Shown here: positions 20,054 through 30,466 of the stretch, piece by piece | Layout: the number at the start of each line of letters is the position of its first letter | How positions within the stretch are numbered: position 1 is the first letter of the stretch | Assembly (NCBI GenBank): GCA_001275005.1 | Contig: JWZX01003220.1 | Span: 1-41,538 of the forward strand | Direction: 5' to 3' | Source of the DNA: Chrysochromulina tobinii | Lineage: Eukaryota | Length of the DNA stretch: 41,538 nucleotides | The notes under the pieces: generated by a model | What the model was told of the DNA's origin: nothing | Seen by the model: only the letters and a program-made list of their open reading frames with translations | Databases searched by the model: none | Program-made: the position numbers and the translations under genes

Positions 20054-20078
20054 CAAGTCAAGTCAAGTCAAGTCAAGT
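20054..20078. repeat. (CAAGT)5 microsatellite upstream of the HMG-box gene
   Basis: Seen directly. Shorter CAAGTC runs recur at about 23341-23391, upstream of the next minus-strand gene. Confidence 0.9.
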
Positions 20079-20773
20079 GGTCAGTAACGCTGTGGCGGAA
20101 GGTTTCGAGCGGGGTGCGCCGGCGGGCGGTCACTGAATATAGGAGCATTCACGGCGGTCGCCCGGTCGGCGGACGACACTACATGTATGATAGGATAAAA
20201 TCCGGGCGTCCTCATCCGCTTGAGTCTGTACATGTAGTCGTGTCGGCCCGCTCAAGCCACATTTGTCGTGCCCCACCCTCCCGGACCCATACTCCTTGTG
20301 GCTAGAGAATAGGGGACTCAGCGCTCGGCCTTTTCGCCTTAGCTCGGCCTTTTTTTTGGCCAGCTCTCGGGCTATTTTACGTTTTTACCCAATGGGGTCT
20401 AAGGGCAAAGGGGAGGGATGATGTCTGGATTGGCACATAATCCTCATACCCTGATCTCAAACTGAGCGATTTACGCATTTAACCAAGGGGGTAGGGGAGG
20501 GATTAATATCTGGATTTGCACACAATCCTCCTGCTCAAGTCATAAATAATATTACCCGGATTCAGCTGGGCCCTGATTTCAAACCGAATGTTTCGCATTC
20601 GCGTCATTGGTGTTTCGCTATATATACGGACTATAAAATAATTAACTGATCCCTTAGACCGCGCTTACGCGTCGGCATCGCATGCACAGACGCGAACACG
20701 CGTCTGCGCGATAAGACTAGATTGGAGCGGCGCTGATGGCCCAAAAAGGTCGTTCTTATACAACGTAACGCCC

Positions 20774-22516
20774 TCAAAAGGGCACCTCCGTGCGCGCTCG
20801 GTCGCCACCATCTTCGAGGACGAAATTGAGCACCGGCTGCAGCGCGCGCAGCACCTCGCGCAGCTCCCCCAGCGGGAAATAGTCCTCGCACGACACGAAG
20901 AGTAGCTGGGTGCGATAGCTTGACGCGTCGCGGTACGAGGCGAGCAGCCGGTGCGCGCCATAGTTGCCCGCGCCGTCGATGCGGATGATGAGCTGACCGC
21001 CATCAGAGCTCACATTTGGCCACGGACTGCCGATACCCACACCGGGGGCAGCAGCAGCAGCCCCCGTGGCGGCCCCCTCCTCTTCGGGTGCCGCCGCGGA
21101 AGCTGCACCGCCCTCTGTGCCGCCCGCCTCGCCGTCTGATTCCTTGCTCGTGGCGCCATTGGGTAGTTTCCGATGGACTTTGGAGGAGGCCACGTGGCGT
21201 ACGCCTGCGGTGCCGTTGAGGAGGTGGGCGACGCGCTTGAGCCCAGGGAGCCACACGCCGTACGGGCGAAGGGGCGTCGGCCCGCCTACGCTCGCGCCGC
21301 CACGCCCGCCCTCACCGCGACTGAGGGGCATCCCCCGACCCCCCCGGCCTGTGCCACGGCCACCGCGGCCGCGGCCAAAAGTCCAGTCGGCACTTGCCAA
21401 ATTAGGGGCACTTGCCAAGTTAGGGACGCGGCCGCCGCCGCCGCTGCCCGTGCCGTCGCCGAGGCCGCCGAGGCCGCCGCCGTTGGCGGCGTTCGCAGGG
21501 CCGTCGAGCGTCTGAAAGAGAAGCTGCCATTGATCAGCGAGGCCAGGGTCGGCCTTGAATGTGGACGGGCCGGCGGCGTCGAGGGCGAGGACTTCTTCCG
21601 TCAGGCGCGCGACGGCGGAGCGCAGGGCGCTCTGGATGGCGCCGTCACCGGACGCGCCGAACGCGCCGAGGAGCCTCGGTTCCACCGGCAAGCCGCCAAT
21701 GAGCACGATCGCGAGCGAGCCGGCGCTCGACGGGCAGGCCATGCGGAGTGCCCGCAACAGCGCGCCCTGGCGGTCTTGATACGTGGCGAAGCTGGTGCCC
21801 GCGGCGGCGCGACGGAGCGCCGTCGTGATCAGCGCTGGCGCGTCGCCGTCGGCGAGGCCTACCAAAGTGACCCCGAGCGAACGCCGCCGGGGCGCGGGCA
21901 GCTGCGCATCGAAGTAGCGCCACGCCTCCGTAAGGGAGGCGCTGTCGGTGCGTCCGCACACGAAGATGAGGCGAGGCTGCTGCTGCCCCTCGGCATCGAG
22001 CAGCGCCATGAGCGACGCCGACGCGAGCGGCGCACCGCCCGATACGGCGGTGCCCGCCGGCCCGCCGAGCAGCTCGAGTCCATCCAGCGGCAGGTTGGCG
22101 GGTAAAGCCTCTCCTGAGCGACTAGCTGGCGCCGCCGCCGCTGCTGCCGCCGCCGCCGCCGCTGCCTCGGCCGTCGCCGACACCGCGGACGCCGCCTCGG
22201 CCGCTGCCGCCTCGGCCGCCGCCGCGGCCGCCGCCCGCTGCCTCTCCTCCGCCCGCTGCCTCTCCTCCTCAGCGGCCGCGTCCTGCTGCTGCGCGAACCT
22301 CTGCACCGCCGCTAGAGCTTGCTGAGCCGCCTCCGCCGCCGCCGCCGCCGCCTCGCCTGCCTGACGCGCCGCCGCAGCCGCCACACTCTCTGCTTGCTGC
22401 CGAGCGCTTACTTCGGCGTCTCGGGCCGCCTGTGCTTGCTCTAATTGCAGCTGCAATTGGCGCATCTGCCGCTCAGCCGCCGCCACGCGCTCCGAGGAGG
22501 AGTCCGCTTCCGTCGC

Positions 22517-22586
<70 letters not shown>

Positions 22587-23252
22587 ACTGCGGCTTTCTT
22601 GGCAGCCGCCTTCGCCGCCTCCTCCTCCGCCGCCTTGGCAGCCTTCGCCGCCGCCTGCTGCGCCGCCTGCTGCGCCGCCAGCTGCGCCGTCGCGCGCGCC
22701 TCGGCCGCCGCCTTGCCCGCCGCCGCCTGCCGCGAATGGGCGCTTGGTGCCCGAGACGGCGCCCGAGGCGGCGCCCGAGACGGCGCCCGACGGAACTGCG
22801 CTTGCCGCTGCCGCGCTTGCCGCTGCCACAGACACCACCGGCACTGCGTCCACCACCGGCACTTCGTCCACCACCGGCACCTTCGGCGGCGCCGCCACCA
22901 GCGCCACCATGACTGCCTTCTCTGCCGCCTCTGCCGCTGCCGCCTCTGGCACTGCCATCTCGGCCGCTGCCTTCTTGGCCTTCTTGGCGTTCTTGGCGTT
23001 CTCGGCCGCTGTCTTCTTGGCCGTTTCCTCTTCGGCCGCTGCCTCCTCGGCCGCCGCCTTCTCGGCCGCCGCGTGCTGCATGGCCTTCCATTCGGCCGCA
23101 GACGTACGGGGTGGCGGACGATACGGGTGCGGCAGCCGGCGCGGTGTAAGCTGTGACACTGGCAGCGTGAGCGTCGGCGCTGGCCCATCCTCTTCGGCGA
23201 TCGGCGGCAACGGCGTCAGTGGCTTCATCGGACGAGTGCTGCACTTCGGCAT
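20774..23252 (-). CDS. Uncharacterised Ala/Lys/Gln-rich protein with globular C-terminal domains; split between two frames near 22727
   Basis: ORF 23252-~22880 (AAAEKAAAEE..) switches to the ORF containing AAAGKAAAEARA, poly-Q and an alpha/beta region. The frames are joined by a candidate intron at 22880-22727 or by a 1-nt indel. Confidence 0.6.
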
Positions 23253-24329
23253 CAGCGAGAGAGTGGAAGGAAAGGGTTGCCGAGTCGTCGGCTTTTTTCT
23301 GCATGCATTCCAAGTGCCAAGTTTTTTGTCTCGTGTGGCACAAGTCAAGTCATGTGAAGGCAAGTCTGTGTTACTGTACTTATCAAGTCAACTATTATCA
23401 ACAAACTTTAACAACCGCATCCCAAGCCGGTGCTAGTCCTTAGTTAAGCAACTCGGCGGCACGCACAACTGGCGCGCGCACTGCCTTCGACCTTTGTGCC
23501 CGGCCGCGCGCGCGGCGCTCAGCCGCGCTCGCACCTCGCAGAATACACACACCTTTCACCTTACACGACCGCCTGTTTACGAGACACAGTCACGGAGCGC
23601 ACATGTGCGCGTTGTGTGCGCAAAAGCCGCGACGGCGCTTGCGGGTTGCGGCAATTTGCCCGCCATACACTAACCGACTACGCGTACCCGCACGTCCACG
23701 GTTACGGTCGGTGTGTATGCTAATGCTTGGCGACGACGCTAACGAACGCTAACGGTATGGGCTATAATTACGATGGCGTTTAGTTTTTACTATAGTTTTG
23801 GTGACGCGAATCGTTCGGCGCTTCCTGCCTTACCGGCTTGCCCGCGCGGCCCGACATGCGAGGACTGCGTCGCCGTGCGGGTGTGCCGTGGCCTGGCGCC
23901 GCGCACAGACGCAAGACTCGCACGCGGTGGTGGTCACACGCTTCGTGCACGAGAACAACCACGATGCCGTCGGCTGGTTTGTACACAAACCACCGGAACG
24001 CACAGCACCACAGTCAGTCCAAATAGGGCACGCAGCCACGGGCGGAAGCCTGCGGCGCACACGCGCAGCCGGGCCGGCATTGGTGCGAGGAAGCCTGCTG
24101 CGGCGCACACGCAACCGGCGGGCGGGAGGCGACGAACCGACGATGGCGGGGCGCGGCGGTGGAGACGACGGCGGAATCGAACCTGTGCGCCGACGCGCCC
24201 GATGGCGCGCCCCCCTCTGGGTACGCAAAAGACGCACTCGACACCGTCGTCAGTGACGATGGTGTCGAGCACAGGTAGCTTCCGTCGCGTCGCTACGAAC
24301 GCTCCTCGAGCTGCTCGTGTCGGGTACCT

Positions 24330-24620
24330 CCCCCAAGGCCACCGCCCAAGCAGATCCAGCCAGCCGCCCTCGTACATGAAGCCGTCGGCGTACACGCGCC
24401 GGCCTTGCCCATCAGCGACGCGAGAAGAAGCCCCCGTACACGTCGCCGCGCCCCGACGTCAGAGTGCCGTGCCCGCACAGAGCGTCTTGCACCCACAGGC
24501 CCGTTAGCACGTCACCGCTCGCACCCAGCCGCAGCGCACAACCCGCCGCGAAGATCACGACCCTTCCTTTCTCATTTCTGGCTCCCATCGAGCTCCAGCC
24601 GCGCCTTCCCACCGGCTGGC
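24330..24620 (-). pseudogene. Degenerate MORN-repeat gene fragment
   Basis: GDVLTGLWVQDALCGHGTLTSGRGDVYGGFF in one frame continues as VADGQGRRVYADGFMYEGGWLD in another. Frameshift and stop at about 24412-24420. Confidence 0.6.
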
Positions 24621-24635
24621 TGCGCGAGAGCGAAC

Positions 24636-27302
24636 ATGGACCCCAGTGAGCGCTCGCCGCTGCCCCCGGCGGCGGCGCAGGAAGCCAAAGAGGTGAGCCC
24701 CGGGCTCAATCGATGCTCCTACTCGTTCTCGATCAAGCGCGGGCGGGTGACCACGCGTGATGACGACGCTCCGTTCAGCAACAGGAGGCGGACTTCCACT
24801 CCCATAGGCCTGGGTTCGCGCGCGGGCGAGTCGCCATCGCACTTTGCACGGCTGCACCTCGGAGGTCAGGACGCGTGCTCTTACTCCCGCATGCCGCGCG
24901 CGCATCCCCTCTTCTCGCGACCAGCTCTCTCACGCGCCCTTGCCTCCCCGGGATCAGGTGGCGTTTCACCAGTGGGTCTTCCGTCTGCGGCCGCGGGGCC
25001 ATCGGATGCGATGGTGCCGCTCTCGCGCGGTGGCGGCACCCGCCTCATCATGCACGGCGGGCGCGGCGTCTCGCCGTTCGCCGCCTTTGCCAACGCGCTC
25101 ACGCCGCTGCCAGCGGAGCAGGCGGTCGGCGGCAACCTCGCACGGCTGCTGCATAAGAGCCACTACTCCAACTACCAGCCACCGTCCGGGCCGATGGCCA
25201 GGATGGGCTCGCCGTCCATCGAGGCACCGCCGAGCATCCTACCACCCGCTGCTGCTGCCGTTGCCGCTGCCCCGGCCGCTGCCGCCGCCGTCGCTGCTTT
25301 GGGGTTCGCCGGCGCCAGGTCGGCGGCGTCGCAGCGCAAGTCGCCCGTACGAAGCGGCGCTTCGTCTTCGTTGCGCAGCGCACCCCTGGTGGGCGAGAAC
25401 CTCGGCGAGAACCACACGGGCGGCGCACGGCTGAGCATAGGCAGTGCGACCGGACCGACCGACCGACTGACCGACGAGGACGCAACGACGGCGGCGGCAG
25501 CGCCGGTGCCACCCACGCTCGGCGAGGCCTCGAGTGCCGACTCGTCGTGGTACATCGGTGGCGCCGGCGCGACGTCGGCGACGAGCCAGCCGCCCTCGGC
25601 TTCGCGTGCCTCTTGCGAATCGGCGGCGCGGAAGGGCAACTCGGGAGCACGCCGCGGCCTGAAGCTCCTCGCCGGCAGCCATTTGCCGCCCGGCAGCAAC
25701 AGCGCTGGTGGCAGCAGCAGCAGCCACGCGGCGGCGACGCCGCTGCCGCCGCTCGATGACACGCCATCCTCCATCGAGCGCTTCCTGCACGCGAGCGTCG
25801 CCGACAACATCGGCGGCGATCGTGCCCTTTGCGGTGCACTCGGGCTCGACATCACGATGGAGCAGATCATCGCCGGCATCGATGAGTCCGAGGAGCAGCA
25901 GCTCGGGAGTGGACTGGCGGGCACCTGCGACACCTGCGAGGACGAGGGCGGTGCCGGCGAGGACGGTGCGGGCGTGCAGCAATATGACGAAGCGGGCATG
26001 CCGATTGCGCCCCAAGCGATCAAGTCGTCCAAGAGCCGTGGCGGCCGGCCAAAGAAGTGTAACTGCCGCAACTCCAAGTGCCTCAAGCTCTATTGCGATT
26101 GCTTCTCGGTCGGGCTCATGTGCGACGGGTGCAACTGCAACGACTGCGCGAACAAGGAGGAGACTCGGGACAAGGTCGACGAGGCGCGCAAGTCGGTGCT
26201 CAAGCGCAACCCGAAAGCATTCCAGGCAAAGTTCATCGACCAGGAGAAGGGCGAGGCGGCCAAGGAGGGCGTCACCCAAAAGGAGAAGACCAAGCACGCG
26301 CGCGGGTGCAACTGCACCAAGAGCCGCTGCATCAAGAACTACTGCGAGTGCTGGCAGATGGGCATCGAGTGCACCGACAAGTGCAAGTGCGTCGACTGCG
26401 CCAACAACGGCAATGTCGACAAGTCCGGTGGCGCCTTCCTCGCGCCTTCGACGGCGGCGACGACGACGACGACGACGCAGGGCCTCGAGAGTACTAGCGA
26501 CCTACCACGGATGCCGCCGATGAAGCTGCTGGATGCCGACGAGCTCGGGGCGCCCGGCAGTGCCGGACCCCGATTGTTCGACGACGACCTATTCGGCGGC
26601 ATTGGTGGCGGTTCGCGCCACTTGGACGAGCTGCCCTTCAGCTCGCCCTTCTCGCCCGATGCGTCGATGCTCACGACGCCCGCGCCTGCTGGGTTCATGG
26701 CGCATGTCGCCCCGACCGCGCATCTGCCGCCCGCGACGGCTCTCTTCCACAACGGTGGGGGCAGCAGCACCGGCAGCGCCAGATCGAGCGCCAGATCGGG
26801 CGCCTTCCCGACCAGCACGCCGCTCGCCGAGTCCTTCCAAGACGATGATCTCGCGTCGTTGGTGGGGATGGCGGTCGGGCTCAGTAATGCCCAGCAGCAG
26901 CAGCAGCACCAGCACACGTCGCGGCCGACCGCGCCACCGCCCCAGACCGTACCCCCGGGATTCGTGCGTGCCCCGCCACGGCTTTCGCATGGGGGCACGG
27001 GTGGGCCGAGCAGCTCGACAGTCGCCACCGCGCCCACCTTCCTCGCACCGACGCCATCGGCGCAGCCAGGCGCCACCGGCGAGGCGCTCGCAGGCCTATC
27101 AAGCGAGGAGCGCATCGCAGTACTGAGCGAGCTTGCTCCGTTCCGACTCGACACGCCTACGGGCTGCTCGATCAAGGCGCTGCTTCAGGCCAAGCCCGGA
27201 TTCGACGACGAGGATGCACCACCCGCAAAGCGCATGCAGACCGAGCTGTCAAGCGCCAAGGGAGGCGAGCATCCCTTGGACGCGACGACCATGGCTACGT
27301 AA
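24636..27302 (+). CDS. LIN54: CRC-domain (tesmin/TSO1-like CXC) transcription factor, LIN54 homolog
   Basis: CNCRNSKCLKLYCDCF..CNCNDCAN, RNPKAF hinge, KHARGCNCTKSRCIKNYCECW..CKCVDCAN. There may be an in-frame 93-bp intron at 24865-24957. Confidence 0.88.
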   Translation: MDPSERSPLPPAAAQEAKEVSPGLNRCSYSFSIKRGRVTTRDDDAPFSNRRRTSTPIGLGSRAGESPSHFARLHLGGQDACSYSRMPRAHPLFSRPALSRALASPGSGGVSPVGLPSAAAGPSDAMVPLSRGGGTRLIMHGGRGVSPFAAFANALTPLPAEQAVGGNLARLLHKSHYSNYQPPSGPMARMGSPSIEAPPSILPPAAAAVAAAPAAAAAVAALGFAGARSAASQRKSPVRSGASSSLRSAPLVGENLGENHTGGARLSIGSATGPTDRLTDEDATTAAAAPVPPTLGEASSADSSWYIGGAGATSATSQPPSASRASCESAARKGNSGARRGLKLLAGSHLPPGSNSAGGSSSSHAAATPLPPLDDTPSSIERFLHASVADNIGGDRALCGALGLDITMEQIIAGIDESEEQQLGSGLAGTCDTCEDEGGAGEDGAGVQQYDEAGMPIAPQAIKSSKSRGGRPKKCNCRNSKCLKLYCDCFSVGLMCDGCNCNDCANKEETRDKVDEARKSVLKRNPKAFQAKFIDQEKGEAAKEGVTQKEKTKHARGCNCTKSRCIKNYCECWQMGIECTDKCKCVDCANNGNVDKSGGAFLAPSTAATTTTTTQGLESTSDLPRMPPMKLLDADELGAPGSAGPRLFDDDLFGGIGGGSRHLDELPFSSPFSPDASMLTTPAPAGFMAHVAPTAHLPPATALFHNGGGSSTGSARSSARSGAFPTSTPLAESFQDDDLASLVGMAVGLSNAQQQQQHQHTSRPTAPPPQTVPPGFVRAPPRLSHGGTGGPSSSTVATAPTFLAPTPSAQPGATGEALAGLSSEERIAVLSELAPFRLDTPTGCSIKALLQAKPGFDDEDAPPAKRMQTELSSAKGGEHPLDATTMAT

Positions 27303-28300
27303 GTCTGAGTCAGCACGCGTGCTGCGAGATCCCTCGTGATGATGATGATCAGTGCGAGACACAGGCCCAACACGGCGTCCGGGAAAGGCAGCGAGGTGCT
27401 GCCGGAGCGTATCGGTACACACACGAAGCTATCGCCGTTCGGCCATGGCGGTCGGGCGGCCGAGCAGAGGCCGTTGCGCTGCGAGGGGCGGCGTGGGACA
27501 GGCCTCTTGAAGGGTGAGATCGCCATGGGCGGGGATGGCGGAAGCGCAGACGGGGGCGTGTGATGGGGCATGTGACGGCAGTGCGGCGGCGTGAAGACCG
27601 CCTCTCGCTGAGCTTTGCGACTACAGGAGGGAGGCCATGCATGAGCGTCGTGTTGAGCAGACAGCTGGCCCTGGGGGCCGGCCACGATGCGCCGTCGGGT
27701 GCACGAGAGTGCACGCCGAGCACCGCAGCGTTGGAGAACGGACGCGTGCACACGTAAAGTGCGTGCCTGTGAGCTGTGTGCGACAGTGCTCTTCCACGTC
27801 TTCGGTTGAAACGTGTCCAGTACGACGTGTTGCGTTGGGTCGAGGTTCTCTGTGGGAGCGCCCGGCGCTGTATGAAATGATGTGCGCGGTGTGGAGGCAC
27901 GTCGTAAACGGTTCGGTCGTTGTGGCGTACTCTAGAGAGCGATCCGAAGGATCATGTTCATGACGACGATAAACACGTACACGAAATCCATAATCCATCC
28001 ATGCACCTTGCGTTGCACGTCGGCGCGAGAATGATGTTGACGAGTTGACCTTGGGGGAGGGTTTCAACCATGGTTTCAACACTCAGGTAATTACCCTATG
28101 GTGTTTCTACATAGTGGCACGAAGTCTCCAACTAACGTGACGTGGAACATTCGGGATGGGTACCGGAGCTTGCACAAAATTACCGCCATTCGCACTGGAG
28201 ACTCTCGTCGGACGTAATCGGTAATGGAACACCGCGCCATGCAACCAGCCAGCGCCCGATGACAACTTTATGATGTGTTCATGGTCATGCGTCATGGTGC

Positions 28301-30274
28301 TCATGCCGGCTGAAGGACAGGGCCGCGATCGATCGCGGCCTTTTGACCCGTGCGCCGCCGCGCCCACAAGTTTTTTCGCGCGCGCGGCTCGACGCGATTT
28401 GGTCGTATGAGCTCGATGATGTCGTCGGCGATCCTTTCGGTCGCCAGAGGCCGCGCGGCGAGTATTGAGCGCTCCGACATTTGGGCGAGACGCTGCGGCT
28501 CGGCGAGCCAGCTGGCGACGGTGCTTGCTATCTTGGCGGGCTCGGATGCGTACGCGCCGAAGCCGCCATCGACCACGAAAGCCACGTTGCCGGATTCCTG
28601 TCCTGGCAGGTAGCCGGAGAGCATGATTGGCAGTCCGGAACAGCACGCTTCAGCTATCGTCCCCGGGCCCGCCTTGGTGACAATGCACGAGGCGACGCCC
28701 ATGTAGTCGCTCATTCGCGACGTGAAGCCCACGACGGCCACGTGCAGGTGAGGGCCCCAGTCGCGCGCCTGCAGCTGCTGGCACAGCTCCTGGTTCTTGC
28801 CACACACGACCGCCATCTGCGCCGGCGCCCAACTCGGCGCCCCGCCCGCGGCATTATACTCCGCGAGCTCTTGAGCCATCGCGTGGACAATTTCGCCGAG
28901 CTTGCCGACCCCATCGCCGCCGCCCACGAGAAGCACCGTGTGACGGTCAGGCAGCAGGCCCAGCTCACTCAACACGCTCGGGACGGCACGCGACGCCACC
29001 CAAGAAGATCCATTGGTGACGGCACCGGGCGCCGTCGCCAAGACGCGTTTGGGAGAGAAGCCAGGTCGGACCGGTAGGCCGTGCTGCCGGAGCTGCGAGC
29101 GCGCGAGGCCGCGGTCGGTGGCAGCCTTGTGGAAGCTGTCCGAGGGCACGAAGCACAGGTCGGCGCGCGGATGCAGCCAGAAAGGGTGCGGCGTCGCGAG
29201 GTCGGTAACTACAGTCACGAAGGGAATGCGACGCGCCGCCCGCGCGCCCGGATGCACCGCCGCCGCCGCCGCCTCGAGCTCATCACGGTGCATCCTACGG
29301 AGCACCTTGATGGGCACCGCCTGGCAGAGCGGGTGCATCGAGATCACCACGTCCGGGGCGTGCTCGCGGATGCACTGCTCAAAGCCTCTGTAGCACACCG
29401 CCGACATGAGCTGCGACATGAGGTACGCGGCCGGCTTGAGTGAGCTCGCGCGGAAGTGCGCCCACCATAGGAGTGGCCGCTTGGCAAGCTCGCGGTAGTA
29501 GGGCACGAGCTCTTGTCCAAACGGCCACGGCCCGTAGAGGGTCCACACGTCCACGATCGCCGTCTCAACTTTGTCACCGTGACGCTGGGCGAGTACCTCG
29601 GCGAGTGCCTGGGCAGACGCGCGGTGGCCGCCACCCGTGTCGGACATGAGGATGAGAACCTTCTGCTTGGGCCGCCGTGCGAGAGAGCCGATCGCGCTGC
29701 GAGGGCCGACGGCGGCGCTGGGGCTGCCTGGAAACATCGGGATGCCCTTCGCGGGAATCAAAGTTGCGACTGGCGCCAGCCTGGGTGGTGCCGGCTGCTG
29801 TCGCCGTCGGCCGGCCCCGAGTATCGAGCGAGGCGACGCATGTGCTACTGCTGCTGTTCCTGCTCCTGCTGAAGCTCGTGGCTGCGCAGGCGGGGCGATA
29901 GAGGTGGCGCGAGGCTTCACTGGTGACATTCGATAGAGGATCCGAGCGGCCCATCGCACTATGCTGGCCGCAACGTAGCCCTGCGCCAGTGGCACCGCAT
30001 GGAAGCGGGCCAGGAACGAGGGCGTCTTTTGTGTACCCGAGATGAGCGAGCCGCACACGCCGAGGGCCGCACTGATGGGCATCGCTGCCACGTGACCCTC
30101 AGTATACGATTGGCAGAGCAGGCAGAGCACCCCGGCGCCGGTGACGGAGAGCGAGCGCACGCGACCCACAGTTGGTGGCGGGCTGGTGGCGCGGCCAGCT
30201 GCACTGGTGGCACTGAACACATTCGCAGCGGACAGGAGCAGGGCAAGGACGAAGCCCTTCGGACCAATGGACAT
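28301..30274 (-). CDS. MGD: Monogalactosyldiacylglycerol synthase (GT28)
   Basis: LILMSDTGGGHRASAQAL, PDVVISMHPL, VTVVTDL, GLPVR, LVGGGDGVG, TKAGPGTIAEA and PGQESGN. N-terminal signal peptide plus a transit-like region. Confidence 0.93.
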   Translation of the reverse strand: MSIGPKGFVLALLLSAANVFSATSAAGRATSPPPTVGRVRSLSVTGAGVLCLLCQSYTEGHVAAMPISAALGVCGSLISGTQKTPSFLARFHAVPLAQGYVAASIVRWAARILYRMSPVKPRATSIAPPAQPRASAGAGTAAVAHASPRSILGAGRRRQQPAPPRLAPVATLIPAKGIPMFPGSPSAAVGPRSAIGSLARRPKQKVLILMSDTGGGHRASAQALAEVLAQRHGDKVETAIVDVWTLYGPWPFGQELVPYYRELAKRPLLWWAHFRASSLKPAAYLMSQLMSAVCYRGFEQCIREHAPDVVISMHPLCQAVPIKVLRRMHRDELEAAAAAVHPGARAARRIPFVTVVTDLATPHPFWLHPRADLCFVPSDSFHKAATDRGLARSQLRQHGLPVRPGFSPKRVLATAPGAVTNGSSWVASRAVPSVLSELGLLPDRHTVLLVGGGDGVGKLGEIVHAMAQELAEYNAAGGAPSWAPAQMAVVCGKNQELCQQLQARDWGPHLHVAVVGFTSRMSDYMGVASCIVTKAGPGTIAEACCSGLPIMLSGYLPGQESGNVAFVVDGGFGAYASEPAKIASTVASWLAEPQRLAQMSERSILAARPLATERIADDIIELIRPNRVEPRARKNLWARRRTGQKAAIDRGPVLQPA

Positions 30275-30466
30275 TGCGGAATCCCAGGTAAGATCTCTGC
30301 GTCGTCAATGCCGCCTCCTTAAAATAGTACGCTTCGACCTGTTCAACGCTGCCGGAACGACGTCGGGTTCGTGTCGGAAATGGAATTCCTCTCAGAATTT
30401 TCCAAAGAGTGCTGCCATATTTGGATACTCCTCGCACCCTAATTTGGTAGCAAAAAACACCGATCG

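Noticed and set aside
23773..24260. Plus-strand ORFs 23773-24507 and 23798-24256
   Set aside because: No recognisable domain and Arg-rich shadow-like composition. They may be gene debris but this is unsupported.
27303..28290. Short ORFs and a GGTTTCAACCATGGTTTCAAC repeat between LIN54 and MGD
   Set aside because: No coding signature and no partner inverted repeat in the window, so it was treated as UTR or intergenic sequence.
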